From assembly GCA_015068345.1 (NCBI GenBank), contig SVKS01000005.1, positions 1 through 54,954 of the forward strand: a stretch of DNA of 54,954 nt. The letters run 5' to 3'. A model generated the notes under the pieces. That model had not been told where the DNA came from and did no database searches. It saw nothing but the letters and a program-made list of their open reading frames with translations. Position numbers and translations under genes: made by a program. Source of the DNA: Oscillospiraceae bacterium. Lineage in GTDB: Bacteria; Bacillota; Clostridia; Oscillospirales; QAMX01. Shown one piece after another: positions 11,001 through 19,730 of the stretch; position 1 is the stretch's first letter, and each line of letters opens with the position of its first letter.

Positions 11001-11362
11001 AACAGTTTTTGAATAAATTCCGGCCGGGCAGCAACCTTGCCGTATACCTTCAAAAGATCCCTTACCTCATCCCGGGCATTGCGCAAAAGAAGCATACGGC
11101 CATTGTCATCAATGTAGGATTCCGCCAGAGACCCCCCAACCTCGAAAATACGGGTGGCCAACGTTTTAAAGGTCAATGCCTCCGCAAAGAGCGGTGCACG
11201 ATCCCCAAGCCGCTGGGCAAGCAATCTTTCGGTATTGTGAGATGCCTGGGGCGGCACCAGAAGCAGCATGTTTCCGGTGCCGTGATTCATATTTTCAGCC
11301 ATTTCGGCATAGACCCGGTGGGTTTTTCCGGTGCCTGTGCGTCCAAGCCATATCCGAAGCAT
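8063..11362 (-). CDS. addB: ATP-dependent helicase/nuclease subunit B
   Basis: N-terminal GRTGTGKT, DGF..FT, SPSRIEKY.SC, GRMDRAD, IIDYKTG, CDYCRYRAVC (Fe-S cysteines). Overlaps addA. Confidence 0.93.
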   Translation of the reverse strand: MLRIWLGRTGTGKTHRVYAEMAENMNHGTGNMLLLVPPQASHNTERLLAQRLGDRAPLFAEALTFKTLATRIFEVGGSLAESYIDDNGRMLLLRNARDEVRDLLKVYGKVAARPEFIQKLLASVNELKLYDVSPLKLLEVSKNAGGDVGDRLSDLAYIYSAYDALLSGELRDPADIYDRMVELAVETGYFKGKRIYMDGFNGFTPKEYNLIELMIRQAETVTMTFTSDMPPQAFDTDDLFYKSYEMISHFKSFATRQGIPVEMEELTGNKRSKSDLLTFLERELMEGKATSYPGKPEEGLKIVSAADRRSECEACAAQILVWARSGIRFRDMAVVCRTYEDYSGEIESVFRGCGIPVYMDNSVSVATKPLFVCLVAAMEACMDSFSVESMTSLMKSGMLGIPTDDLDVLEYYVIRWGIRGSKWLNEGAWNAHPDGYLREYDEKTLELLGKLKELRTTIIDPLAKLKKGLRGNVRSVCEALYTYAVEIGLEQETQRRAADYMEAGNTRLSDEYNQLWDIFCDTLDQFVLIAGEREYKPEEFLGMFRLLLSGIKVGAIPGNADQVTMGEAGRFRGVSPRCVYVLGNNNGVFPKLVKNSSLIGDGERMMLREHEIRLDLTDGEQQLFEQFLAYQVFFSAREQLVLSYLVGQNRLPSDYVERARQLAPFAEGNPVPVSSLYLIKNDPRAGATPILRDAITAAGYRLYANGETITSFPKTALDAALVESLYGSPLRMSPSRIEKYHSCKFAFFVEYGLGVREFRKASFSAIEAGEMIHYIFEKLGRDAKEQGGFSNMEESTVLSLTEKYAGEFYDSMFDAPEYRSKRVDYLFERLTRDAKEIASNMYEEFIRSRFEPYLFEQSFGSDGTPPLRWTFPEGNLAVYGRMDRADRCVVDGKPYIRIIDYKTGAKDFNLTDLYYGLNVQLPMYLFQLVRKGEGLPAGFFYMPSRNELPDLPRGASWDAVSEAKAKLIRYKGMANQNPMVLEAMDSAYMTPETRLPFVARNGSIRSDAPVADERKFAQIETHMENLLRKMTDEICRGDVKAEPFMKTSSTGCDYCRYRAVCKVYPGTRETMINNLVNLNCKAFFEALDREERENNAQTE

Positions 11363-11371
11363 GCGTTCCTC

Positions 11372-11956
11372 CTACCTTTCCAAGCGTTCTTTGATCGCCC
11401 CGATCCACTCCAGGATACGGAAACGAAATTCGATTTCCGGTTCTTCCTGCCCCGTAAGTAAAATGCTTCCGGTTTCCATAATCTCCTCGGTGGGTTCCAT
11501 TCCGTAACACAGGGGCGGAAACAATACACACCACCAATTTTTCCCCTTCCCCTCTCCCAGGGTTACGGTACAGGCTACATACCTTCCGGCAGGCAATGTG
11601 AATGATTCATATTCACACTCCGGATAGAGCACGTTTTCCACTGTGATTTTGGCGGCATACCCGCTTCCTTCTTCGTCCAGAAGGGAGTTCACCTCTGTTT
11701 CTATTTCTGCGGCAGAGTTGATCAGGAAACTCACGGCTTCCTCCCGGGAGGCAAAGGCATCCTCCCCCAAAAGAGCCAACATGTGATCCCGAACCATTAG
11801 TTTGACTTCCTGGTCCCGTTTCCCATCCCCTGCTCCCACAACCCGGAGACGAACCACCGAGCGCGCCAGAAGGTGTTGAGATGCTACAGCAAAAGCCGCA
11901 TACATAGCACCGAAAGCGAGCACTGCCGCAAGAAACATCGCAATATACTTTTTCAT
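11372..11956 (-). CDS. spoIIR: Stage II sporulation protein R
   Basis: Signal peptide, VRLRVV..D...DQ.VKL.VRD, LPAGRY, GKGKNWWCVLFPPLC; adjacent to ispE. Confidence 0.93.
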   Translation of the reverse strand: MKKYIAMFLAAVLAFGAMYAAFAVASQHLLARSVVRLRVVGAGDGKRDQEVKLMVRDHMLALLGEDAFASREEAVSFLINSAAEIETEVNSLLDEEGSGYAAKITVENVLYPECEYESFTLPAGRYVACTVTLGEGKGKNWWCVLFPPLCYGMEPTEEIMETGSILLTGQEEPEIEFRFRILEWIGAIKERLER

Positions 11957-11985
11957 AATATCCTCCCGATTGTACGATCTGCTTT

Positions 11986-12015
11986 CAGCATACCCAATCG
12001 GGAAGAAAAATAGTC
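11986..12015 (-). promoter_or_regulatory. Putative sigmaF-type promoter of spoIIR
   Basis: GACTA-15 nt-GGGTATGCTG resembles the sigmaF consensus (GYWTA-N15-GGnnAnAHTR). spoIIR is a known sigmaF target. Confidence 0.55.
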
Positions 12016-12020
12016 ATTTT

Positions 12021-12893
12021 TTACGGTTCCACAGGACAATACTCCGGCGACGCCAGAAATACCTCCCGGTAGCTTTTCCGCATGGTGTGGTATGATTTCA
12101 AGGCTGCTTCCTTGTCCCGGAATATGCCAAACACGGTGGGTCCACTGCCGCTCATGACAGCCCCAAGGGCGCCATCCGCCTTCATACGTTCTTCGATTGC
12201 TCCAATATCCCTGTGATTCGGGCGTGCCATATCTGCCAACACGTTTTTCATGTTACCCGCCAGGGTCTCCAGATCCCCTTCGGCCAAAGCTTTCAGCAAA
12301 AGCGGCGTATTGGGATGTTCCGCCTTCTCTCTGGTATCAAATTCCCGGAAAGCCGCTTCGGTGGAAATTCCAAAAGAAGGTTTACAAAGCAAAATATGAC
12401 ACTTGGGAATGGACGGCACACGAGTCAGCTTTTCCCCGATCCCCTCGGTAAGCATGGTACCTCCCCGTAAACAGAAAGGAATGTCACTCCCCACAGGAAG
12501 GGCCAGTTCACACATTTCCTCCATGGTAAGACCGGTTTCATAAAGGCGATTGAGCCCTTTTAATACCGCAGCCCCATCGGTACTGCCGCCAGCGAGGCCT
12601 GCTGCCACGGGAATCCGTTTGGTAATGGAGATGCGGGCACCGCCTGCAATACCGGTCTTTTCAAAAAAGCGCTCCGCAATCCGATAGGCGATATTCTGTC
12701 GGTTCACCGGCAAATAGTAAAGATTGGTACGAACCGATATCGCATCGTCCCGTTCAAGACGTACCGTATCATAAAGCTCCACGCTCTGCATAAGCATACA
12801 GAGCTCGTGATACCCGTTTTCCCGGATCCCGGTAATATCCAGCGATAGGTTAATTTTTGCCTTCGCCGCAAGTTCAATGGCATTCAGACTCAT
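12021..12893 (-). CDS. ispE: 4-diphosphocytidyl-2-C-methyl-D-erythritol kinase
   Basis: AKINLSLDI, GYHEL, KRIPVAAGLAGGSTD, GSDIPF, MSGSGPTVF. Confidence 0.96.
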   Translation of the reverse strand: MSLNAIELAAKAKINLSLDITGIRENGYHELCMLMQSVELYDTVRLERDDAISVRTNLYYLPVNRQNIAYRIAERFFEKTGIAGGARISITKRIPVAAGLAGGSTDGAAVLKGLNRLYETGLTMEEMCELALPVGSDIPFCLRGGTMLTEGIGEKLTRVPSIPKCHILLCKPSFGISTEAAFREFDTREKAEHPNTPLLLKALAEGDLETLAGNMKNVLADMARPNHRDIGAIEERMKADGALGAVMSGSGPTVFGIFRDKEAALKSYHTMRKSYREVFLASPEYCPVEP

Positions 12894-14017
12894 TGTTTCG
12901 GATACTTCCTCTTCTTTAACATATCAATCGCCTTTTCAGGACAAATCTCATGACAGCAATAACACCGGATGCAGTCCTTGATTTCCACCTGAAAACGGCC
13001 CAGTTCTTTATTTTTGAATATGGTTTTTTGCGGGCATATTCCAGCGCATTTTCCGCAGGAAATACAGGTTTTTGTAATATATGGGTAGGGTCTTGTGGCA
13101 TCCTCAATGGGATAGCGCAATACCCCGGGCAAAAGTCCAAGTATGCTCTTCCGCTTTCCGGGGAACCGGAAGGGATTGATCGCTTCGCTCAAAGGAATGC
13201 CTTCTACCCGGATCTCATCCGCCGACGAAGGAGTCAACCCCCGCCGGATCGCATCCCGCAGAATGGGCGCTTCATTTTCCGGTAGTCCCATAATTTTCGC
13301 CGCCACCATATCCAGTGCGAAAGGATTATAGGAGGCCAAAAGCAGGCCGCATTTTTTTGGTGTTCCTCCGGAAGGACCCTCTCCTTCCATTCCCACAACC
13401 CCATCAATAATGGAAAGGTCCGGCTTCACCGATAGACACAGATCATTGATCATGGCGGCAAAATCGTTTTTTTCCGGCAGATCCTTGTGCATCATGGCCT
13501 TGTGAAGTCCGGGAATCACCCCGAACAAATTCTTCACCGCCGCCGTCATCCGCATAAACCCATGGGTTTTCAGCTTTGCTATGTTGATCAACAGGTCGGC
13601 TTCCCGTATGACTTTCAGGCAGAGATATTCCTTTACCTTTTTACCCTGAGGAAGAGAAACTTTCACGCTTTCACAGTTGAAGTTTAGCTCCGCCCCGCTT
13701 TCCTCGGCAGCTTTGGTCATCCCGGTAGCATCATAAAGATGGCGCAGGGTAATCGGCGTGATAGGCCCACCGCCGCTTTCGGCAATGATGGCCTTTCCTC
13801 CCCGGTTCTTCACGCCTTCGCAAACCGCCCGTATCACCATAGGATGTGTGGTAGATGCATTTTCCGGCGTCCGGGCAAGAAGAAGGTTGGGTTTTACTGC
13901 CACCCGCTTTCCTTCCATGGGAAGCGGAAACGCATCCAGAGCCTCTTCCACCGCCCTTTTGATTTCCTCATATTGATAGGTATCAGCGCCAATCAGACGT
14001 ACACATTCGGTTGCCAT
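12890..14017 (-). CDS. DUF362 domain protein with C-terminal 2x[4Fe-4S] ferredoxin
   Basis: VKPNLL, TTHP, KLKTH, AVKNLFG, GMEGEGPS; C-terminal CISCGKCAGICP and CIRCYCCHEICP. Confidence 0.88.
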   Translation of the reverse strand: MATECVRLIGADTYQYEEIKRAVEEALDAFPLPMEGKRVAVKPNLLLARTPENASTTHPMVIRAVCEGVKNRGGKAIIAESGGGPITPITLRHLYDATGMTKAAEESGAELNFNCESVKVSLPQGKKVKEYLCLKVIREADLLINIAKLKTHGFMRMTAAVKNLFGVIPGLHKAMMHKDLPEKNDFAAMINDLCLSVKPDLSIIDGVVGMEGEGPSGGTPKKCGLLLASYNPFALDMVAAKIMGLPENEAPILRDAIRRGLTPSSADEIRVEGIPLSEAINPFRFPGKRKSILGLLPGVLRYPIEDATRPYPYITKTCISCGKCAGICPQKTIFKNKELGRFQVEIKDCIRCYCCHEICPEKAIDMLKKRKYPKQ

Positions 14018-14022
14018 CTTCT

Positions 14023-15189
14023 TTATCCTCTAAGCTTTCTTGTAAATCTCTCCATACGTTCCAGCGCTTTGGAAATATTATCCAGACTGGAGGCGTAGGA
14101 CACCCGGGCAAATCCTTCCCCGGGAGCGCCAAAAGCATTTCCCGGCACGATTGCCACGTGCTCTTCCCGCAGAAGTGCTTCACAAAACGCCTCCGAAGTC
14201 ATATTAAATGCTCTTACGTCAGGGAATACGTAGAAAGCACCCCGGGGTTCAAAACAGGGGCATCCGATTGCCCGAAGTCCATCCACAATAATGTGTCGGC
14301 GGTCATCGTACTCCTCTCGCATGGCAGCTACGTCCTCGTCCCCGTTACGCAAGGCTTCCACCGCCGCATACTGGGCTGTAGTAGAAGCGCTCATAATCCC
14401 AAACTGGTGCAGTTTGGTCATCATTTTCACCACTTCCGGATGGCCGCAGACAAATCCCAAACGCCATCCCGTCATGGCATAGGCTTTGGAAAAACCGTTA
14501 ACCACCAGAACCTGATCTTTCAGTTCAGGAATTTGAGCCATAGAAAAATGCTTTCCACCATAGGTCAGCTCGGCATAGATTTCATCCGACACCACGTAAA
14601 GATCGTGTTTTTTTATAATTTCCCCGAGCTTTCTGACTGCTTCCTCCGGCATGATGGCACCGGTGGGATTGTTGGGATAGGAAAGCACCAGAAGACGGGT
14701 CTTCTCCGTGATTGCCTGTTCCAATCCCTCGGGGGTCACCATAAATTCGTCCTCCGCCTTTGTTTCGAGCTTCACGGGAATTGCCCCCGCAAGGCGACAG
14801 AGAGGCTCGTAGCAAACGAAGCAGGGTTCGGGAATGATTACCTCATCCCCCGGAGAAAGCAGTACCCGGAACGCCAGGTCGATGGCTTCGCTTCCGCCCA
14901 CCGTCACAAGCACCTGATTGGTTTCGTAGGCAAGGGAAAATCGGCGGTACATGTACCTGGTGATTTCTTCCCGGAGCTCCATAAGTCCCGCATTGGCAAG
15001 GTAGTGGGTCCTCCCTTTTTCCAGGGAGTAAATCCCGATATCCCGGATATGCCAGGGAGTGTCGAAGTCGGGCTCCCCAATGGAGAGGGAAACCACGTCC
15101 TCCATAGAGCTGGCAAGATCAAAAAACTTGCGGATACCGGATGGTTTGATGGCGGATACGGTGGGGTTGATGAATTTGGTTACGTCCAT
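14023..15189 (-). CDS. PLP-dependent class I/II aminotransferase
   Basis: SGIRKFF, IGEPDF, YPNNPTG, SDEIY, GFSKAYAMTGWRLG. Start ATG 15189 after GAGGAG. Confidence 0.93.
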   Translation of the reverse strand: MDVTKFINPTVSAIKPSGIRKFFDLASSMEDVVSLSIGEPDFDTPWHIRDIGIYSLEKGRTHYLANAGLMELREEITRYMYRRFSLAYETNQVLVTVGGSEAIDLAFRVLLSPGDEVIIPEPCFVCYEPLCRLAGAIPVKLETKAEDEFMVTPEGLEQAITEKTRLLVLSYPNNPTGAIMPEEAVRKLGEIIKKHDLYVVSDEIYAELTYGGKHFSMAQIPELKDQVLVVNGFSKAYAMTGWRLGFVCGHPEVVKMMTKLHQFGIMSASTTAQYAAVEALRNGDEDVAAMREEYDDRRHIIVDGLRAIGCPCFEPRGAFYVFPDVRAFNMTSEAFCEALLREEHVAIVPGNAFGAPGEGFARVSYASSLDNISKALERMERFTRKLRG

Positions 15190-15202
15190 AATCTTCTCCT
15201 CA

Positions 15203-15691
15203 TCATACCACAACCATGCGCTTGTCTTCATCGGCTTCTTCCTGGAACAGAACTCCCTTATCCTTGTATTTCTTTAACACAAAGTGGGTGGCGGTGCTGA
15301 CAACCGCATCGATGGTGGCAAGCTTACTGGAAACAAAATGGGCCACTTCTTTCAGAGTTTTCCCCTCGATCATAACCACAAGGTCATACCCGCCGGAAAG
15401 CAGGTATACACTGGTTACCTCAGGATACTGGTAGATTCTGGCAGCCACACGATCAAAACCCTCACCCCTTTGAGGAGTCACCTTAACTTCAATCATGGCA
15501 GTAACCAATTCCCGATTGGTTTTATCCCAATCGATCAGTGCGTTGTAGCCCACGATAATCTTGTTTTTTTCGCAATCCTCGATCATGGCCGAAACGTCCT
15601 CCGGCTTTTTGGCCAGAATGCTGGAAAGCTGTTCCGGACTGATCTTTGCATTTTTCTCAAGCTGTCTAAGCAATTTTTCCTGGTTTTCCAT
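15203..15691 (-). CDS. Lrp/AsnC-family transcriptional regulator
   Basis: N-terminal HTH, VTAMIEVKVTP, LSGGYDL, TATHFVLKKYK. Lrp-aminotransferase pairing is typical. Start ATG 15691. Confidence 0.92.
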   Translation of the reverse strand: MENQEKLLRQLEKNAKISPEQLSSILAKKPEDVSAMIEDCEKNKIIVGYNALIDWDKTNRELVTAMIEVKVTPQRGEGFDRVAARIYQYPEVTSVYLLSGGYDLVVMIEGKTLKEVAHFVSSKLATIDAVVSTATHFVLKKYKDKGVLFQEEADEDKRMVVV

Positions 15692-15777
15692 ACTATTTTC
15701 CTTTCCGGCGGGAGCCTTTTCCGCCGCGCTCCCTACCCTTGGGCGCAAATGGCAAACATGAGGTCAGTTTACCCTCT

Positions 15778-15806
15778 ATTCTACCATATTTTTATCCTTC
15801 TTTCAA
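15778..15806 (-). promoter_or_regulatory. sigmaA promoter for the lrp operon
   Basis: TTGAAA-17 nt-TAGAAT with TG extension. Confidence 0.65.
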
Positions 15807-15949
15807 GCATCGGGTGAGCTTCCCAAATTTCTTCCCCAATTTCACTTTATTTTTCATTACGGCATTTTTGTTCCCCCTATAAAGACATTTGTTTTGCAAT
15901 TTTACCAATTTATCGTGTTAAATCGGTGCAACATTTACGGAAATAACAA

Positions 15950-15977
15950 TTGACATTTTTCTCATGAGGTGTATAAT
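15950..15977 (+). promoter_or_regulatory. sigmaA promoter for serCA
   Basis: TTGACA-16 nt-TATAAT. Confidence 0.75.
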
Positions 15978-16049
15978 ATCTTGTATGGTGGGTTTTTACC
16001 CCATCAAATGACGATATAGACCCGTTCCCCGGGTCAGAAAGGCAAGTTT

Positions 16050-17132
16050 ATGAGCTACAACCGCGTGTACAACTTCTCCGCCGGCCCCTCTATGCTGCCG
16101 GAATCGGTGCTTGAAAAAGCCGCCGCACAAATGATGAATTACGAAGGCTCCGGTATGTCCGTTATGGAGATGAGCCATCGATCTAAGGTATATGAGTCTA
16201 TTATCGGTTCTGTGGAGTCTAAACTTCGCAAGGTCATGAACATTCCCGATAACTACAAGGTTCTGTTCCTGCAGGGCGGTGCCACCGGCCAGTTTGCCGC
16301 CATCCCCATGAATTTGATGACAAAGAACAAGAAAGCCGACTACATTGTTACCGGTCAGTTCTCCAAGAAGGCAGCTGATGAAGCCAAAAAGTACGGCGAA
16401 GTACACATTGCCGCCTCCTCCAAGGATAAGAATTTCACCTATATTCCCCGTCAGGAGGAGTTGGATCTCTCCCCCGACGCTGATTACGTCTACATCTGCT
16501 ACAATAACACCATCTATGGAAGCACCTGGGATTACATTCCCGAAACCAACGGAATTCCTCTGGTAGCTGATATTTCCTCCTTCATTCTGTCGGCTCCCCT
16601 GGATATCTCCAAATTCGGTCTGGTTTATGCCGGTGCCCAGAAGAACATGGGTCCCGCCGGTGTTACCGTTGTCATCGTCCGTGAGGACCTGATGGGTAAT
16701 GCCGTCCCCTACTGCCCCGTGGTTTGGGATTATAAAACCATGTCGGAAAACGACTCCATGTACAACACCCCGCCCACCTACGGTATCTACATGATCGGTC
16801 TGGTTTTAGATTGGGTGGAAGAAAACGGCGGTTGCGAAGGACTTGCCAAGATCAACGAAGCCAAAGCCAAGCTCCTCTACGATGCCATCGACCAATCGCC
16901 CCTCTTCTCCAACCCTGTGGATGAAAAGTCCCGCTCCATGATGAACGTCACCTTCGTCACCGGCGACGAAACCAAGGATGCCGACTTTGTCAAAAAGGCC
17001 ACTGCTGAGGGCTTCCTGAACATCAAGGGACACCGTTCGGTTGGCGGTATGCGTGCCTCCATTTATAATGCCATGCCCACCGAAGGCATTGAAAAACTGG
17101 TGGAATTCATGAAGAATTACGAAAAGGAATAA
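16050..17132 (+). CDS. serC: Phosphoserine aminotransferase
   Basis: YNFSAGPSMLP, EMSHRS, LQGGA, YAGAQKNMGP, SMYNTPP, GHRSVGGMRASIYNAM. Confidence 0.97.
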   Translation: MSYNRVYNFSAGPSMLPESVLEKAAAQMMNYEGSGMSVMEMSHRSKVYESIIGSVESKLRKVMNIPDNYKVLFLQGGATGQFAAIPMNLMTKNKKADYIVTGQFSKKAADEAKKYGEVHIAASSKDKNFTYIPRQEELDLSPDADYVYICYNNTIYGSTWDYIPETNGIPLVADISSFILSAPLDISKFGLVYAGAQKNMGPAGVTVVIVREDLMGNAVPYCPVVWDYKTMSENDSMYNTPPTYGIYMIGLVLDWVEENGGCEGLAKINEAKAKLLYDAIDQSPLFSNPVDEKSRSMMNVTFVTGDETKDADFVKKATAEGFLNIKGHRSVGGMRASIYNAMPTEGIEKLVEFMKNYEKE

Positions 17133-17135
17133 ATC

Positions 17136-18299
17136 ATGTACCAAATTCAACTTTTAAATAAGATCTCGAAGATCGGTCTTGAAAACTTTGACAAGACCAA
17201 ATTTGCCTACGGCGACGCCATCGAAGCCCCTGACGGCATTCTGGTTCGTTCGGCTGACATGCTGGAAATGAACTTCAACGACAATCTGCTGTGCATCGGC
17301 CGTGCCGGTGCAGGTGTTAACAACATCCCCGTGGATCGCTGCAGCGAGGCCGGTATTGTTGTATTCAACACCCCCGGTGCCAACGCCAACGCTGTCAAGG
17401 AACTGGCTATTTGTGCTCTTCTGCTTGCTTCCCGCAAGGTAGTGGACGCCATCAACTGGGTCACCTCCATTCAGGACGAGGGTGACAACATTTCCAAACT
17501 GGTGGAAAAAAATAAGTCCAAGTTTGCCGGTCCCGAACTGAAGGGCAAAAAGCTTGGTGTCATTGGTCTGGGTGCCATTGGCGCACAGTTGGCCAACACC
17601 GCCGTATCCCTGGGCATGGAAGTTTACGGTTTTGACCCCTTCCTGACGGTTGACGCCGCCTGGAGACTGTCCCGCTCGGTGCATCATGCCCAGAGCGAAA
17701 AAGAAGTTTTGGAGTGCTGTGATTACATCAGCATTCATATCCCCTACAACAAGGACACGAAGGGCAAATACAATGCAGAGGCCTTTGCTTCCATGAAGGA
17801 TGGCGTACGCATTATCAATCTGGCCCGCGGCGAGCTTTTCAACACTCCCGACCTGGTTGCCGCTCTGGAAAACGGTAAGGTTGCCGCCTATGTCACCGAC
17901 TTCCCCAATGCGGACGTGATCAAGGCCCCCAACACCGTCTGCATCCCCCATCTGGCTGCCTCCACCCCCGAAAGCGAAGACAACTGCGCCGTTATGGCAG
18001 TCTCCGAAATTTCGGATTACATTGAAAAGGGTATCATCAAGAATTCGGTCAACTATCCCGACATGGAGCTTCCCGCCGCCGATGGTAGCTACCTCCTGGC
18101 CCTGCACAAAAACATTCCCAACATGATTTCCAGCATCGCCAACGCCTTCTCCAGCCTTGGTGTCAACATTGAGAATATGACCAACCGTTCCAAGAAGGAT
18201 TATGCCTGCACCCTGGTCCACATTGAAGGTGAGGTTTCCGGAGAAGTTGTAGATTCCATTCTTGCCATCGACGGTGTTATCAAAGTCAGAGTTATTTAA
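17136..18299 (+). CDS. serA: D-3-phosphoglycerate dehydrogenase with C-terminal ACT domain
   Basis: RAGAGVNNIP, NTPGANANAVKE, GLGAIG, PHLAAST, HKNIPNM ACT region; follows serC. Confidence 0.93.
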   Translation: MYQIQLLNKISKIGLENFDKTKFAYGDAIEAPDGILVRSADMLEMNFNDNLLCIGRAGAGVNNIPVDRCSEAGIVVFNTPGANANAVKELAICALLLASRKVVDAINWVTSIQDEGDNISKLVEKNKSKFAGPELKGKKLGVIGLGAIGAQLANTAVSLGMEVYGFDPFLTVDAAWRLSRSVHHAQSEKEVLECCDYISIHIPYNKDTKGKYNAEAFASMKDGVRIINLARGELFNTPDLVAALENGKVAAYVTDFPNADVIKAPNTVCIPHLAASTPESEDNCAVMAVSEISDYIEKGIIKNSVNYPDMELPAADGSYLLALHKNIPNMISSIANAFSSLGVNIENMTNRSKKDYACTLVHIEGEVSGEVVDSILAIDGVIKVRVI

Positions 18300-18329
18300 T
18301 CATACCCAATCACGAAAGGATGAAGAAAG

Positions 18330-18977
18330 ATGCCCGATACCAACGGTAATTCTTTTCGCAGTGCCGGATTCGGCGGCTTCAATAAAAAGGATGTAGTCGC
18401 GTATATCCAGGAACAAACCAGGAAATACACCAAGCAAATCAGCACCCTTGAAAAATCGTTGGATGAGGCTGTTTCTGAAAAGAAATCCCTTCAATCCGAG
18501 TGCGAAATGACCCAAGCCACCCTGGATAAAATGATTCTGCGGGTAGACGAATTGGAAAAAGAAGCAGCAGAGCTCCCTCTTTTGAAAAAAGCTTTGGAGG
18601 ATGCCGAAGCTGAAAAGACCGCTTTGAAGGAAGAGTTGGATCAGTTGAAAGCAGAAACCGGCGACGTCATGGCCTTGAAGGCCAAATTGGAAGGCGAGAA
18701 AGCTGCCTTGATTCAAATGGAAGTGGAGGCCCGTCTGCGGGCCGACAAGGTGGAAACCGATGCCCGTGACAAAGCGGAAGAGCTTGCCAGCCGTTACAGC
18801 AAGGAAGTAGCGGATGCCATTCGCATATTCGGTCATTTCAAGGGCAATGCGGACACCATGCTTCTTTCTGCCAGTGAACAGTTGAAGTCCATTCTGGCAC
18901 TGTTTGCCGACATGGAAAAAGAACTGATGACCTCCGGTTCCGCTTTCGAAGCATTAAACACCGAACTCCAAAAATAA
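18330..18977 (+). CDS. DivIVA-like N-terminal motif plus coiled-coil protein
   Basis: FRSAGFGGFNKKDVVAYI resembles the DivIVA/GpsB F....GY...EV..YL motif; the rest is E/K/A-rich heptads. Confidence 0.6.
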   Translation: MPDTNGNSFRSAGFGGFNKKDVVAYIQEQTRKYTKQISTLEKSLDEAVSEKKSLQSECEMTQATLDKMILRVDELEKEAAELPLLKKALEDAEAEKTALKEELDQLKAETGDVMALKAKLEGEKAALIQMEVEARLRADKVETDARDKAEELASRYSKEVADAIRIFGHFKGNADTMLLSASEQLKSILALFADMEKELMTSGSAFEALNTELQK

Positions 18978-18982
18978 CCCCT

Positions 18983-19019
18983 ACTCCCCCGGTTGCATTT
19001 CCGGGGGAGTTTTTCTTTT
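18983..19019 (+). terminator. Intrinsic terminator
   Basis: ACTCCCCCGG-8 nt-CCGGGGGAGT followed by TTTTCTTTT. Confidence 0.85.
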
Positions 19020-19124
19020 GTCGGCTTCAAATTCACACTTGATTTTACCCACTTTATATGCGATAATAAACCCATCCCCCCATGCAGGGAATCCAAATTC
19101 AGATCCATAATGCGGAGGTCCGCC

Positions 19125-19715
19125 ATGACTTATACCTCTCTCCCCTCAGAATATACATCCCACACCGTTATCAACTTACGCAAAGGCAAGCCCCATGCAG
19201 CTTGGGTCTATACTTTGAATCTGTTGATTTTTGCAGCCGCTGTTTTTCTTGCATCCCGCCATATTCCGTTTCTTTCCATGTTTGAAGCCATCGACGGCAA
19301 CTATGTTTTAACGGTTCCCCGCCTTCTCTTAAACCTGGTTATGGTAGCCTTCACGCTACTTTTTTACGCCATTGGCCAACTTTTTTTCAAGGGACTCTTT
19401 TGCAAACTTCTTGGAGGCGATACCCCTAAGTTTGGTATCAAAGGTTGGTATTATTACGTTGGCAGTCATGCCTACCTCTGCAAGGGGAAATATATTCTGT
19501 TGGTACTTTTACCCGAGCTTGTCCTTTTCGCCCTGCTGACACTTTTGTGCCTGCTCCTCCCCCTGCAGTTTTTCTGGATTGTCTTTTTCGTGGAAGCTTT
19601 ACATATTGCCCGTTTTTCCGCTTCGCTTTATTTAATCGTCCTTGTTCTCGCCCAACCACGGGATTCTCTTTTCCGCAATATGGGTACTTTAACCATGGTA
19701 TACAACAAAAAATAA
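19125..19715 (+). CDS. DUF3267-like multi-pass membrane protein (degenerate zincin motif)
   Basis: Four hydrophobic segments; the KFG....YYYVGS....K..YI...LLP pattern resembles DUF3267. Start ATG 19125 after GGAGG. Confidence 0.6.
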   Translation: MTYTSLPSEYTSHTVINLRKGKPHAAWVYTLNLLIFAAAVFLASRHIPFLSMFEAIDGNYVLTVPRLLLNLVMVAFTLLFYAIGQLFFKGLFCKLLGGDTPKFGIKGWYYYVGSHAYLCKGKYILLVLLPELVLFALLTLLCLLLPLQFFWIVFFVEALHIARFSASLYLIVLVLAQPRDSLFRNMGTLTMVYNKK

Positions 19716-19730
19716 AAGGAGAAGCACTCT

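Noticed and set aside
15978-16049. serC leader as a T-box or riboswitch
   Set aside because: Only about 65 nt long, with no T-box motif and no terminator.
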